DNA of 64,000 nucleotides, taken from the NCBI RefSeq assembly GCF_036588685.1, contig NC_086378.1, positions 52,266,001 to 52,330,000 of the forward strand, read 5' to 3'. The notes below the pieces were generated by a model. The model had not been told where the DNA came from. It did no database searches and worked only from the letters and a program-made list of their open reading frames with translations. Positions within the stretch are counted from its first letter, which is position 1, and every line of letters begins with the position of its first letter. Shown piece after piece: positions 63,104 to 64,000 of the stretch. Made by a program: the position numbers and the translations under genes. This DNA comes from Mytilus trossulus (lineage: Eukaryota).

Positions 63104-63296
63104 CAGTGGATTCATTTATATTCATGAGTATCAATTTTCGTTGATTGCTGAAAACTTGCATATTCGTGGATTTGCCAATCTCTGCATACAAAGTCTATTG
63201 AAAACATCATATTCGTGGAACATTTGAATTCGTGGTTAACCTGTACACACGAAAACCACGAAAATGTGTATCCAACGAATAATAATGAATCCACAG
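63104..63296. mobile_element. Tc1/mariner-type MITE (C[A/T]GTGGATTCATT TIR, TA flanks); older copy at ~48864-49072
   Basis: ta|cagtggattcatt ... aatgaatccacag|ta; the internal sequence is similar to 48864-49072. Confidence 0.75.
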
Positions 63297-64000
63297 TAGT
63301 TAAACTGTTTACAACGAATCTAGGTATAACTATAACTAATGTGGTTACCATTCCGTTATAAGTGATAAAACTTGCAAATAAATTATTCAAGCAATTTCTT
63401 TTGTCTCCGGTGATATGATTTTTTGTTGCCTTTGTTATACTACGACTGTAATTGCTGAAGTGTTATTTTGTAATGTAAGACTCTTCTCTTACGTGAGGGA
63501 ATGGTAGCGCACTTACGAAACATAAAAACAACACTTTATAAATGTCTTGCCTTCGAAGCACAGGGACGCAAATTGTCGACTGTTTAAGGAACTGTTTGAT
63601 GTGTAGGAACTGAAACATACATCACAAATAATTTGCAATATCCATCTAATCTCAATTTGTTTCTATCCTGCCAAGTTTTTTATGTGCCTATTAACAGTCA
63701 TGATTCTGCAACCCATTGTTTGCCTTTTCTGCCTTTTTATTTTAAAGTCTTTTGTTTTCTTTATGTGCAAAAAATCGGGTTTTTCTGCTTTCTCTTTTGT
63801 TTCACATCTTGCCTGTTTATGTCCTTTTTTGGTCTTACATACGTTGGTCTGTATCTGTGCGCCTTCGATTGCTTTTGGTCACTGAAAACCAGACAAAATC
63901 TTAATTTTTTACTCATTATGAAAGAATAGGATTCTCACTTGAAGGATTTTAAAAAGCTGTAGAAAACAAATGCTCTCAGGTTTATAATTTGTATAAAGAC

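Overview
Very AT-rich eukaryotic (animal) genomic DNA. The repeat repertoire and gene families point to a bivalve, most likely Mytilus (inference). There are no prokaryotic features, CRISPR arrays or rRNA. The window holds two tandem gene arrays and one singleton gene. (1) Three minus-strand paralogues (4678-5565, 13598-14488, 22586-23476) encode ~295-aa stand-alone proteins with exonuclease-endonuclease-phosphatase (EEP/DNase I-like) motifs, a partly eroded catalytic site and an invariant C-terminal IPARPPRHNGG. All three appear to share a 3-exon layout (two small non-coding exons) and a shared core-promoter motif. (2) One minus-strand FMRFamide/sex-peptide-receptor-like class A GPCR (33117-34271). 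(3) Three plus-strand orphan class A GPCRs (44871-46031, 49833-51003 with two 1-nt frameshifts, 58160-59335), embedded in repeated flank units that lack the coding exon. The intergenic DNA is full of mobile elements: Penelope-like RT fragments, retrozyme-type repeats with type I hammerhead ribozymes (one fully canonical, at 61504-61547), a 3.6-kb foldback element with CACTG termini and a 7-bp TSD (Galileo/P-like), five sequence-unrelated long-hairpin elements with one shared architecture (Crypton-like), several MITEs with clear TSDs, LINE 3' fragments, a tRNA-like element at a (TA)n tract, and satellites. Most short ORFs in the supplied track are spurious.
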